In this document: piece after piece, positions 27,076 to 36,352 of the stretch
How the letters are laid out: the number at the start of each line of letters is the position of its first letter
Numbering within the stretch: the stretch's first letter is position 1
DNA from: Thermoanaerobaculia bacterium
GTDB lineage: Bacteria; Acidobacteriota; Thermoanaerobaculia; UBA5066
DNA: 64,000 bases
NCBI GenBank assembly: GCA_963719225.1
Contig: CAVRAY010000001.1
Coordinates: 960,001 to 1,024,000 of the forward strand
Direction of reading: 5' to 3'
Made by a program: the position numbers and the translations under genes
The notes under the pieces: model-generated
The model's database searches: none
Seen by the model: the letters and a program-made list of their open reading frames with translations, nothing else
Told to the model about the DNA's origin: nothing

Positions 27076-28530
27076 ATGAGCGCACGACCCGGCGGCCGAC
27101 TGGCCGTATGGCTGAGGCCGATCTTCTACCTCGGGCGGAACCGTGTCTCGCAGCTCGGCGTCGCGCTCACGACGAGCGCTGCCGTCACCCTGATCGGCTT
27201 CTGGCTCTTCGAAATCACGAACTCGAAGCCCGTCCATCCGTATTCGGGCATCCTCTTCATCCTCGTCCTCCCGTTCTTCTTCCTCCTGGGTCTTCTCCTG
27301 ATCCCGATCGGGATCCTGCTCGAGCGCCGCAGGCTCCGCCGCGAAGGGACTCTGCCCCACGATTACCCCAAGGTGGACCTCGCCGACGCGAATCTCCGGC
27401 GCGCGGCGATTCTCATCTCCGGCCTGACGGTCGCGAACGTCCTGATCCTGAGCCTTTCGGCCTACGTCGGCGTCGAGTACATGGACTCGGCCCGGTTCTG
27501 CGGCCTCACGTGCCACACCGTCATGGCGCCGGAGTACACGGCCTACCTGGATTCGCCGCACTCGCGCATCGCCTGCGCGAGCTGTCACATCGGCCCGGGG
27601 GCTCCCTGGGTCGTCAAGGCGAAGGTGGACGGCGTTCGCCAGGTCATCGCGGTCACGTTCGGGACGTACTCGCGCCCGATCCCGTCGCCCGTCCACACGC
27701 TGCGTCCCGCCCGGGCCACGTGCGAGCAGTGCCACTGGCCACAGAAGTTCCAGGGCGACAAGCTGAAGATCATCTCGAAATTCGGCGACGACGAGAAGAA
27801 CACGCCGACGAAGACGGTGCTGCTGCTCAAGCTGGGCGGGCACATGGGCTCCCGTGCCACGGGCATCCACGGCCGCCATTTCGACGACAGGGAACGGATC
27901 TCGTACGTCACGACGAACCCGCGCCGCGAAGTCATCTCGTCCGTCTCCTACGTCGGCGACGACGGCAAGTCCGTGGAGTACACCTCCACCGAGGTGAAGG
28001 GAACGCCCGAGGACGCGAAGAAGGGCGAGCGCCGGACGATGGATTGCATCGACTGCCACAACCGGCCGACGCACGCGTTCCAGCTCCCCGAGCGCGCGGT
28101 GAACGAGGCGATGGCGGCGGAACGCATCAGCCTCGAGCTGCCGTTCGTCCACAAGAAGGCAATCGAGCTCCTCAAGGTCACGTACCCGACGCGCGAAGCG
28201 GCGTTCGAGCGCATCGAAAAAGACCTCACCGACTTCTACCGGACGAAGTATCCGGACGTGTTCCAGTCACGGCGCGCCTCCGTGGAAACCGCGGTACGCG
28301 AGGTGCAGCGGATCTACGGGCGAAACGTGTGGCCCGACATGAAGATCACCTGGGGGACCCACCCGAACCACATCGGTCACGAGGACTTCCTGGGCTGCTT
28401 CCGCTGCCACGACGGCAACCACAAGGCGCCCGACGGACGGGCCATCTCGGCCGAGTGCGACGCCTGCCATTCCCTCCTCGCCCAGGAAGAATCGAACCCG
28501 AAAGTGCTCGCGGACCTCGGCATCCACTGA
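27076..28530 (+). CDS. NapC/NirT-domain inner-membrane multiheme cytochrome (ImcH-like)
   Basis: Three N-terminal TM helices; FCGLTCH plus 5 CxxCH; LRPARATCEQCHWP, MDCIDCHNRPTH, GCFRCHD. Confidence 0.85.
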   Translation: MSARPGGRLAVWLRPIFYLGRNRVSQLGVALTTSAAVTLIGFWLFEITNSKPVHPYSGILFILVLPFFFLLGLLLIPIGILLERRRLRREGTLPHDYPKVDLADANLRRAAILISGLTVANVLILSLSAYVGVEYMDSARFCGLTCHTVMAPEYTAYLDSPHSRIACASCHIGPGAPWVVKAKVDGVRQVIAVTFGTYSRPIPSPVHTLRPARATCEQCHWPQKFQGDKLKIISKFGDDEKNTPTKTVLLLKLGGHMGSRATGIHGRHFDDRERISYVTTNPRREVISSVSYVGDDGKSVEYTSTEVKGTPEDAKKGERRTMDCIDCHNRPTHAFQLPERAVNEAMAAERISLELPFVHKKAIELLKVTYPTREAAFERIEKDLTDFYRTKYPDVFQSRRASVETAVREVQRIYGRNVWPDMKITWGTHPNHIGHEDFLGCFRCHDGNHKAPDGRAISAECDACHSLLAQEESNPKVLADLGIH

Positions 28531-28540
28531 CGGGCGCTTT

Positions 28541-28556
28541 TGAATCAGGTGCATCA
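28541..28556 (+). promoter_or_regulatory. Putative 7-2-7 site (TGAATCA-GG-TGCATCA) upstream of the DHOD-like gene
   Basis: Near-copy of the mtrC site; CACCCT -10-like hexamer begins 39 nt after the site start. Confidence 0.6.
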
Positions 28557-28594
28557 TGGGAGCGGGCGAGGCGAGTCGCCACCCTGTAGGGGTC

Positions 28595-29536
28595 GTGACG
28601 GATCTGTCGACCTCCTACCTGGGGCTGAAGCTCGCCCATCCCCTCGTGCCGGGAGCGTCGCCGCTCTCCTATGAGCTGGATTCGATCCTCCGCCTGGAGG
28701 ACGCCGGCGCGCCCGCGATCGTGCTGCACTCGCTCTTCGAGGAGCAGATCTCGGCCGACCCCCTCCGAACGTCTCGGTCGGCCGCGGACCCCGTCGGCTA
28801 TCTCGAGCACCTGAACCGGGTCAAGGAGTCCGTCCACTTCCCGGTCATCGCGTCGCTCAATGGCACGACCGACGAGGGCTGGACGTCGTTCGCGAGCCTC
28901 GTCGAACAGGCGGGAGCCGATGCCCTCGAGCTGAACCTCTATCACCTCTCGACGAACCTCTGGACGAGCGGTGCGACGCTCGAGGCCTACACGCTCGACA
29001 CCGTGCGGACCGTGCGGACCCTCGTATCGATTCCGGTCGCCGTCAAGATCTTCCCCTATTTCTCCTCGATCGCGTCGCTCGCGCGGCAGTTCGAGGAGAT
29101 CGGCGTGAACGGGCTCGTCCTCTTCAACCGGAGCTATCAGCCGGACATCGACCTCGAAAACCTTGAGGTGAAGCCGGACCTGCGCCTCTCGACCTCCGCG
29201 GACCTGCTCTCGCGCCTCTACTGGATCGCGATGCTCTCCGGCCGCGTGGACCTGTCGCTCGCCGTGACCGGCGGCGTCCACACGGGCGCCGACGCGCTGA
29301 AGGCGATTCTCGCGGGAGCCGACGCCGTTCAGATGGTCTCCGCCCTTCTCCAGAACGGCCCTGGGCACTTGAAGGTCGTGCGCATGGAGATGGAGCAGTG
29401 GCTCGAGAGCCACGGTCATTCCTCGCTCGAGGAGCTTCGGGGGAGCATGAGCCTCGAGCGGCGGGAGGACGGCCGCGCGTTCGCCCGCGCCGGGCTGCTG
29501 CAGGTCCTTCAGCGGGGAATCCAGCCGATCTCGTAG
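28595..29536 (+). CDS. Dihydroorotate dehydrogenase-like FMN protein
   Basis: MTDLSTSYLGLKLAHP, SLFEEQI, PVIASLN, ALELN, IPVAVK, LFNR.YQPDID, TGGVH, AGADAVQ. Confidence 0.85.
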   Translation: MTDLSTSYLGLKLAHPLVPGASPLSYELDSILRLEDAGAPAIVLHSLFEEQISADPLRTSRSAADPVGYLEHLNRVKESVHFPVIASLNGTTDEGWTSFASLVEQAGADALELNLYHLSTNLWTSGATLEAYTLDTVRTVRTLVSIPVAVKIFPYFSSIASLARQFEEIGVNGLVLFNRSYQPDIDLENLEVKPDLRLSTSADLLSRLYWIAMLSGRVDLSLAVTGGVHTGADALKAILAGADAVQMVSALLQNGPGHLKVVRMEMEQWLESHGHSSLEELRGSMSLERREDGRAFARAGLLQVLQRGIQPIS

Positions 29537-29562
29537 GACCGACTTCGGCGTCGAAACAGTCT

Positions 29563-29596
29563 CAAGTAAGAGTACGCATGGTAAGATTCTTACTTG
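29563..29596 (+). promoter_or_regulatory. Putative TA autoregulatory operator (CAAGTAAGA...TCTTACTTG; inner GTAAGA-T-TCTTAC)
   Basis: AT-rich nested inverted repeats immediately upstream of the antitoxin RBS. Confidence 0.6.
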
Positions 29597-29608
29597 GAGG
29601 TGCTGCCG

Positions 29609-29833
29609 ATGAAGATCACGTCCAAGGGGCAGGTGACGATTCCGATCGGGATTCGCGAGAAATTCGGCCTCCTGCCCGACACAGAGGTTGCGTTCGAGGC
29701 GCGGGGCGGCGCGGTCGTCATCCGGAAAGTGCGGGAGAGCGGGAGACGAGGCGCGAACGTCGTTGCGCGGCTCCGGGGAAAGGCCACGGCCGGCCTGAGC
29801 ACGGACGAGATCCTCGCGCTCACCCGTGGCTGA
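29609..29833 (+). CDS. AbrB/MazE/SpoVT family antitoxin
   Basis: MKITSKGQVTIP..IREKFGL; 74 aa; overlaps the PIN gene. Confidence 0.9.
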   Translation: MKITSKGQVTIPIGIREKFGLLPDTEVAFEARGGAVVIRKVRESGRRGANVVARLRGKATAGLSTDEILALTRG

Positions 29834-30230
29834 TACGCTCGTCGACAGCAACGTTCTCCTCGACGTCCTGACCGAGGACGAGCGCTGGTTCTCCTGGTCC
29901 TCAGAAGCGCTGTCGCAAAGGGCGGGCGAGTCGGCGCTCGTCATCAATCCGATCGTCTACGCGGAGGTGTCGATCGGCTTTACGCGCATCGAGGACCTGG
30001 ACGAGACGCTGAATGTCGCCGGCCTCGAGAGGCGGCCGCTGCCATGGGAAGCCGCGTTCCTCGCGGGAAAGTGCTTCCAGCGCCACAGGCTTCGCGGCGG
30101 TGTCAGGACGTCGACACTTCCGGACTTCTACATCGGCGCGCACGCCGCAGTCTCCGGTCTCGCGCTCCTCACGCGGGATGCAGCCCGGTATCGGACGTAC
30201 TTCCCGGGGCTGGAGGTCATCTCGCCGTAG
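29826..30230 (+). CDS. vapC: VapC family PIN-domain toxin
   Basis: LVDSNVLLD, YAE, PDFYIGAHA, LLTRD acidic PIN residues. Confidence 0.9.
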   Translation: MADTLVDSNVLLDVLTEDERWFSWSSEALSQRAGESALVINPIVYAEVSIGFTRIEDLDETLNVAGLERRPLPWEAAFLAGKCFQRHRLRGGVRTSTLPDFYIGAHAAVSGLALLTRDAARYRTYFPGLEVISP

Positions 30231-30243
30231 GAGGCCGGGCGCG

Positions 30244-30909
30244 TCAGATCCAGCCGCGCCGGAACGCGAGCGCCACGGCCTCGACCTGGCTGTGGACCTC
30301 GAGCTTTCTCAGGACGTTCTGGATGTGGTTTCGCACCGTCGCGTGGGAGAGGTTCAGCTTCGCCGCGATGTTGAGCGCCGCGTAGCCGTTCGAGAGCAGC
30401 ATGACGATCTCCCGCTCGCGCCCGCTGAGCGGGGAGACGGAGATCGGGGGATCCACGGGAGGAAGGCCCGCCGGCTCGCGCACGGCCGAACGCAGCGACG
30501 AGACCAGGCTGTCGAGCTCCGGGCCCTCGGCCTCGAGGAAGTGCATGAGCACGGCGAACGACGGCCCCGCGGCGGGCAGCGGAACGGCGCGAACGATGAG
30601 CTTGACCGACGCGGACGAGCCTTTCTTCCGGACGTCGAGGAGGAAGGGCCGCACGTCGTCTCCGGCGATGGCCGAGACGACGACCGGGCACTCCTGCGCG
30701 CAATAGAGGTTGCCGAAGACGTCCCGCCCGGCCAGGACGTCGAAACACATCTTTCCGAGCACTTCCTCGGAAGTCCACCCGAGCGCCTTTTCCGCGCCCT
30801 CGTTCCAGAAGACGATGCGGTCGTGGCGGTCCATCCCGTAGGCGGGCGCCTTCGACTCGGCGATCATCTCGAGCGCGTCCCTGACGGGCAACGTGATCGG
30901 GGAGGGCAT
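30244..30909 (-). CDS. PAS plus LuxR/NarL-type HTH one-component transcriptional regulator
   Basis: IVFWNEGAEKALGW PAS signature; C-x14-C-x3-C; LSGRERE...TVRNHIQNVLRKL HTH. Confidence 0.88.
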   Translation of the reverse strand: MPSPITLPVRDALEMIAESKAPAYGMDRHDRIVFWNEGAEKALGWTSEEVLGKMCFDVLAGRDVFGNLYCAQECPVVVSAIAGDDVRPFLLDVRKKGSSASVKLIVRAVPLPAAGPSFAVLMHFLEAEGPELDSLVSSLRSAVREPAGLPPVDPPISVSPLSGREREIVMLLSNGYAALNIAAKLNLSHATVRNHIQNVLRKLEVHSQVEAVALAFRRGWI

Positions 30910-30940
30910 ACGGTCCCTATTCTCTCAGAAAAGGAGCGTT

Positions 30941-32758
30941 TCAGGAGCCTGTCTCCCGCGAGGGATCGAATCGCTCGAAGAGGCGGGCGAGCAGGAAAAC
31001 TCCGGCGGCCGCCTCCGCGAGAATCGGGAGAGCTGCCAGGAGGGCGGCGAGAGGCAGGCACCAGAGGCCGAGCGATTTGAAGGTGAAGAAGATCAACGGC
31101 CCGGCCAGGAGCGCCGCCGGGATCAGGGCGAGCCCGAGAACGAGCCACGTCCCGAGGAACGAGATCATCCTCAGGCCCGCCTGTTCCAGGCCCACCGCGC
31201 GCTTCCTGCCCGCCGGAAACCACGCCGGAAAAGCGAGGACGGACGCATTCTGGACGACGAGGGCGGCCAGGACGAGGGCCGGAAGGAAGACGGCCACGGT
31301 CAGGGCGACCGGAACGAGGGTATCGAGCCGGAGAAGCGGAGGAACGTCGAGAAATGGAGACGTAGGCGTTCCGACGAAAGCCGCCCGTGCGGCGCGTCCG
31401 GCGGCGATCGCGAGCGCGATCGCGATGCCGCCCCAGCCTTGGAGCGCCGCGACGACCGCCGGCGCGCCGATCTCCGCGAGGACGAGGCCCCCGGCCGGGA
31501 GAGGCCATGTCTTGAGCACCGTTGCGTATTCGAGATCCCCGCGCAGGTCGATCCTCAGGGCGAGGGGTGTAAAGAGGGCGAGGAGAGCGGCCACGGCGAG
31601 GCACGTGGCGCTTCCGAGGGCGGCCGCGAAGTCTGCCCATGGCGTCGCCAGGAAGGCGGACGCCGAAAAGAAGACGGCTGCAAGCGCGGCCACGATAGAC
31701 GCCTGTCGGCGAAGGCTCGTCCGGTTCCAGGCGAGGAGGTTCTTCCACACGACCGCAATCGCCGGCCGGCCCGGCGCCGCGAGGGCGAATGGCACGACGC
31801 TGCGTCGCTTCTCGGACGGCAGCGCGTCAAGGCGTCCCGCGTCGCGGCGTGCCCGAAGGGCCGCCCTCCTCGACGCCTGGGCAAGGGTGGCCTCCTCGAA
31901 GCGGACGGCCGTGAGCGCGACACACACGTAGAGGAAAGCCACGAGGCCGAATGCGGGCGGCAGCGCGAGAACGAACGCGCGCGCCGTCGGCGCGAGCAGC
32001 GGGGCCAGGATCCAGCGGAACGGAGCCAGAAGGGCGAGCGGCGCAGGGCCGAACGGCCCGGTTCGAAGGGCAAAGACCAGGCCGCCGAGCGAAGGGGCCG
32101 CCTTCCCGGGGTTGGGGGCGGCGGCGAAAAGGGCCGCGCCGAAAGTCACGGCGAGAAGTCCGAGACCGCCCGCCGAGACGGAAAACACCGCGATCTTCAT
32201 CGCCCGTCGGCGAAACGGAGCAAGTTCGTTCCAGCGCGCCTTGATGAAGGCGAGGGCCAGGTTGTGGAAATGAATGGCCGTCAGGAGGAGCCACAGACCG
32301 GCGCCGGTGAGAAGAGCGGCGCCGCTTCCGCGGCGAGAGGACACGATTGTCAGGATGAACGCGCTCAGGAGAAGGGGAAACTGCGCCTTGAGGAGAGAGA
32401 AATGGAGGAGGGCGCTGCGGGAAACGGGCGCCGGAAACAGAAACTGGATCTCGGCCTCCGACAGTCCCAGCGACGGCGTGCCTTTCCGGAAGAGCCAGGA
32501 AAGGAAAGCCAAAGCGGCGAGCAGCGCCGCGCCGGCGACAAGAAGGATCTCGTCCATGTGCCCCGGGAGGCGCGGAACCGGCGGCCGGCCGCCGCGCGAA
32601 GGCCTCGCGAAAATCATCGCGAAGTACGCGGCACCCACGAGGAAGCCGACCATGTACCGAGGCTCGCGGAGGCGGCCGAGCTTTCTTCGGGTGGCGTTCG
32701 CCAGCATCCTCCTTGCGGCGAAAGCGACGAGGGGCAGCAGGGAAGGAGCTGCGCTCAC
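30941..32758 (-). CDS. Putative ABC exporter membrane subunit
   Basis: Many TM segments, AEIQFLFPAPVSR, WKNL, DLRGDL; GTG overlaps the ATPase stop. Confidence 0.75.
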   Translation of the reverse strand: MSAAPSLLPLVAFAARRMLANATRRKLGRLREPRYMVGFLVGAAYFAMIFARPSRGGRPPVPRLPGHMDEILLVAGAALLAALAFLSWLFRKGTPSLGLSEAEIQFLFPAPVSRSALLHFSLLKAQFPLLLSAFILTIVSSRRGSGAALLTGAGLWLLLTAIHFHNLALAFIKARWNELAPFRRRAMKIAVFSVSAGGLGLLAVTFGAALFAAAPNPGKAAPSLGGLVFALRTGPFGPAPLALLAPFRWILAPLLAPTARAFVLALPPAFGLVAFLYVCVALTAVRFEEATLAQASRRAALRARRDAGRLDALPSEKRRSVVPFALAAPGRPAIAVVWKNLLAWNRTSLRRQASIVAALAAVFFSASAFLATPWADFAAALGSATCLAVAALLALFTPLALRIDLRGDLEYATVLKTWPLPAGGLVLAEIGAPAVVAALQGWGGIAIALAIAAGRAARAAFVGTPTSPFLDVPPLLRLDTLVPVALTVAVFLPALVLAALVVQNASVLAFPAWFPAGRKRAVGLEQAGLRMISFLGTWLVLGLALIPAALLAGPLIFFTFKSLGLWCLPLAALLAALPILAEAAAGVFLLARLFERFDPSRETGS

Positions 32759-33474
32759 GAACTGCCCGTGACGCGCAGGAAGATCTCCTCGAGGGACGCG
32801 TCTCCTCCGGCGCCGGCCCGGATCTCGTCGAGCGTGCCGAAGAGCACGGCCTTGCCGCGCGAAAGGACGAGGACGCGCGAGCAGATCTCTTCGACCAGAG
32901 GCAGGAGATGCGACGAGACGATGACCGAAGCTCCGGCCGCGGCCCGGCGCACGATCGTCTGTTTCATCTTCCGAATGCCGCCGGGATCGATGCCGGTCAA
33001 GGGCTCGTCGAAGATGAGGACTTCGGGGTCGTGGAGGAGACCGCAGGCCACGACGAGCTTCTGCTTCATGCCTCGGGACAGCTCCGCGGGCAGCGCCCGT
33101 TCCTTTCCCGCCAGCTCCAGCTCGTCGAGGAGCGCGCGTGCGCGTGCCCCGGCGTCCGCCCCAACGCCGTACAGGCGCGCGGTGAAGGCCAGGTGATCCT
33201 CGACGGTCAGGTACTCGAACAGGCGAGGCTCGTCCGGCATGAACGCGAGGCGCCGCCGCGCTTCCACGGGCTCGGCCGCGAGGTCGAACCCGGCGATCCG
33301 GATCGAACCGGCGTTCGGCGGGAGGATCCCCGCGAGACACCTGAGAGTCGTCGTCTTGCCGGCGCCGTTCGGGCCCACGAGCCCCAGGACCTCGCCTCGC
33401 GCAACCTCGAAGCTCAAGCCGTCCACGGCCGTGAGGTTCTGGTACGCCTTGACGAGGCCCTGGACGGAGATCAC
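32755..33474 (-). CDS. ABC transporter ATP-binding protein
   Basis: GPNGAGKTT Walker A, LSRGMKQK signature, IFDEP Walker B, SSH. Confidence 0.95.
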   Translation of the reverse strand: MISVQGLVKAYQNLTAVDGLSFEVARGEVLGLVGPNGAGKTTTLRCLAGILPPNAGSIRIAGFDLAAEPVEARRRLAFMPDEPRLFEYLTVEDHLAFTARLYGVGADAGARARALLDELELAGKERALPAELSRGMKQKLVVACGLLHDPEVLIFDEPLTGIDPGGIRKMKQTIVRRAAAGASVIVSSHLLPLVEEICSRVLVLSRGKAVLFGTLDEIRAGAGGDASLEEIFLRVTGSS

Positions 33475-33538
33475 GGGCGAAGTCTCGCACGGGCTCGCCG
33501 CGCGGCGCCGCCGGCCCGCGCGCTAGACTCGACGGCAC

Positions 33539-34711
33539 ATGCCCCGTCTCACCCTCCAGACCGCCGGCGAGTCTCACGGCCCGCTCCTGACGGGTCTCGT
33601 CACCGGCCTCCCGGCCGGGCTGAGGATCGACGTCGCCGCAGTGAACGGGGACCTCGCGCGGCGCCAGCACGGGTACGGCCGCGGCGGCCGGATGAAGATC
33701 GAGAAGGACGAAGCGCGATTCACCGGCGGTCTCCGCGGCGGAGAAACGCTCGGCGGACCGATCGCCTTCGAGATCGCGAACCGCGACTACGCCGTGTGGG
33801 AAAAAGTCATGGGGCCGATCGAGGTCGACGTCGAGGCCGCGGGGAAGCGGAAGCTCACGTCGCCCCGTCCCGGCCACGCGGACCTCGCCGGCGGGCTGAA
33901 GTACGGGCGGCGCGACCTGCGTGACATCCTCGAGCGCGCGAGCGCCCGCGAGTCCGCGGGGCGCGTCGCCGCCGGCGCTCTCTGCCGCCAGCTCCTTCTC
34001 GCACTCGAAATCCACGTGCGGAGCGGCGTGCTGTCGATCGGGGACGTCGCGGTGCCGGAAGGCCCGCGTGCGTACGAGGACCTCGAGAACGTCGACGAGG
34101 CGTCGCTCTTCCGGCTCGTGGACCGCAGCGTCGAGGCGGCCATGAAGGATGCGGTCGACGCCGCCGCAAAGGCCGGCGACACGCTCGGCGGGACGATTCT
34201 CGTCGGCGCCCGCGGCGTGCCGGCGGGCCTCGGGTCCCACGTGTCCTGGGAAGAGAAGCTGGACGGGCGCATCGCGCGCGCTCTCATGTCGATTCCCTCC
34301 GTCAAAGCGGTCTCTCTGGGCGAGGGCGTCGCGAACGCTTTCCGCCGCGGGTCGGCCGCGCACGATCCGATCGCCTACGAGGCCGCGCGCGGCTTCTCCC
34401 GTACCTCGAACCGCGCCGGCGGCCTCGAGGGCGGCATCACGAACGGCGAGGACGTCCTCGCCACGCTCTACCAGAAGCCCATCTCCACCCTTCGCGACGG
34501 CCTTCCGTCCGTGGACATCGAGACGAAGGAGTCACATCGGGCGCAATACGAGCGGTCGGACGTGACCGCCGTGCCCGCATGCGGCGTCATCGGGGAGGCG
34601 ATGCTCGCGTTCGTCCTCGCGGACGCTCTCCTGGAAAAAACGGGCGGCGATTCGATGGAGGAAGTGACGCGGAACTACGAAGGGTTCGTGCGCGCCCAGA
34701 GGCTCTACTGA
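33539..34711 (+). CDS. aroC: Chorismate synthase
   Basis: TAGESHG, RRQ.GYGRG.RM, PRPGHADL, ERASARE, NRAGGLEGGITNG, RSD. Confidence 0.96.
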   Translation: MPRLTLQTAGESHGPLLTGLVTGLPAGLRIDVAAVNGDLARRQHGYGRGGRMKIEKDEARFTGGLRGGETLGGPIAFEIANRDYAVWEKVMGPIEVDVEAAGKRKLTSPRPGHADLAGGLKYGRRDLRDILERASARESAGRVAAGALCRQLLLALEIHVRSGVLSIGDVAVPEGPRAYEDLENVDEASLFRLVDRSVEAAMKDAVDAAAKAGDTLGGTILVGARGVPAGLGSHVSWEEKLDGRIARALMSIPSVKAVSLGEGVANAFRRGSAAHDPIAYEAARGFSRTSNRAGGLEGGITNGEDVLATLYQKPISTLRDGLPSVDIETKESHRAQYERSDVTAVPACGVIGEAMLAFVLADALLEKTGGDSMEEVTRNYEGFVRAQRLY

Positions 34712-36351
34712 TGGGTTCGAGATCCGGGCCGCAGAAACCGCGTCCCGTCTCCCGTCGCGGCATCACGGTCCTCGTGGCCGTCTTTCTCGTCGTCATCTCG
34801 GTCCTCGTCGTCCTCGCGGCGGTGGGCCTCGAGGTCCTCACGAGCGTGCGCGCCTACGTCGGCGGAGAGGGGCTCTGGTCGAAGGCCGAGAAGGACGCAT
34901 CTTCCGCGCTCTTGCGCTACATCGCGGAAGGGAACGAGGCTTACCGCCGGGAGTTCCTCAGACAGCTCGCGGTGCCGCTGGGCGACCGTCGCGCCCGGGA
35001 GGAGCTGGAGCGTCCCCGACCGGACCTCACGATCGCCCGAGCGGGATTTCTCCAGGGACGGAACCATCCGGCGGACGTGGACGGGATGTCGCGGCTCTTC
35101 ATCCGGTTCCGCCGCGTCGAGAAGCTCGACCGGACCATCGCGATCTGGCAGCGGGGAGACGTTCTCATCGCACAGCTCGCGAAGGTCGGAGAAGACGTCC
35201 ACGCCCGCGCGTCCTTGGGCCCGTTGACGGAGGAGGAGCGTCAGGCCTTCCTGAAAGAGGTCGAGCTCATCGACGGGCAGGTCACGATCCTCGAGGACGC
35301 GTTCTCCGCCACGCTCGGCGAAGCCGCCCGGTGGGTGCGGGATGCCCTCAAGAGGGCGATGCTCGCGATGACGGTTCTCCTCGTGGGCGTGGCGCTCCTG
35401 GCCTCGGTCCGCATCGGGAGGTTCCTGCACCTCCAGGAAGACTCGCTCCGGGGCTCGGAAACGCGGTACCGGCAGGCCTTCGAGGAGAACCTCGCCGGCA
35501 TGTACCGCACGACCTCCGAGGGCCTGATCATCGAATGCAACGCGGCGTTCGCCCGCATCCTGGGCCACGCGTCGCCGGACGAGCTGAGAGGGTTCGGCTT
35601 TTTCGACCTCTGTTTCGATCCGGTCGAAGGCGCCGCCCTGAAGGACCGCGTGAGCGAGCGACGCATGCTCGTCAACCACGAAATCTGCCTTCGCCGGTCG
35701 GACGACACTCCGGTGTGGGTCGTCGTGAACGAGAACGCCCTCGAGAGCGACAGCGGGCTCGCCGTGAAGGAAGGCAGCCTCGTCGACATCACGGACCGCC
35801 GCCAGGGCGAGGAGAGAAGCCGCTTTCAGGCGTCGCACGACCCCTTGACGGGGCTTCCGAACCGCCTCCTGTTCTCGGATCGGCTTTCCCTCGCCATCCT
35901 GCACGCGCAGCGCCACCGGGAGCGGCTGGCGGTGATGTTCCTGGACATCGATCACTTCAAGAAGATCAACGACAGGCTCGGCCACGCGGCGGGCGACGAG
36001 GTTCTCGTCAAGGTCGGCGAGCGCCTGCGGTCCTGCCTGCGCGGGAACGATACGGTCGCGCGGCTCGGGGGCGACGAGTTCCTCTTCCTCGTGTCCGACG
36101 TGACGAAGGAGGGCGACGTCGCCTCCCTTGCACGCAAGATTCTCGCGGTCGTGTCCGAGCCGTTGACCATCGCCGGCCGGGAGATCCAGGTCACGGCGAG
36201 TCTCGGCGTCGGGATCTATCCGAACGATGGAGCCGAGAGCGAGGCGCTCGTCTCCAACGTCGACGCCGCGATGTATCGCGCCAAGGAAAAGGGACGGAAC
36301 AACTTCCAGTTCTTCACGAGACCGGCCGCGGAGGCCGGAGGCTCCCGCTAG
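34711..36351 (+). CDS. Membrane-bound sensor PAS-GGDEF diguanylate cyclase
   Basis: Two TM helices around an extracytoplasmic domain; PAS; HDPLTGLPNR, DIDHFK, RGND I-site, RLGGDEF. Confidence 0.9.
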   Translation: MGSRSGPQKPRPVSRRGITVLVAVFLVVISVLVVLAAVGLEVLTSVRAYVGGEGLWSKAEKDASSALLRYIAEGNEAYRREFLRQLAVPLGDRRAREELERPRPDLTIARAGFLQGRNHPADVDGMSRLFIRFRRVEKLDRTIAIWQRGDVLIAQLAKVGEDVHARASLGPLTEEERQAFLKEVELIDGQVTILEDAFSATLGEAARWVRDALKRAMLAMTVLLVGVALLASVRIGRFLHLQEDSLRGSETRYRQAFEENLAGMYRTTSEGLIIECNAAFARILGHASPDELRGFGFFDLCFDPVEGAALKDRVSERRMLVNHEICLRRSDDTPVWVVVNENALESDSGLAVKEGSLVDITDRRQGEERSRFQASHDPLTGLPNRLLFSDRLSLAILHAQRHRERLAVMFLDIDHFKKINDRLGHAAGDEVLVKVGERLRSCLRGNDTVARLGGDEFLFLVSDVTKEGDVASLARKILAVVSEPLTIAGREIQVTASLGVGIYPNDGAESEALVSNVDAAMYRAKEKGRNNFQFFTRPAAEAGGSR

Positions 36352-36352
36352 C

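Noticed and set aside
28595-29536. Calling the gene pyrD
   Set aside because: Motifs fit the DHOD-like subfamily and there is no pyr context; function not assignable.
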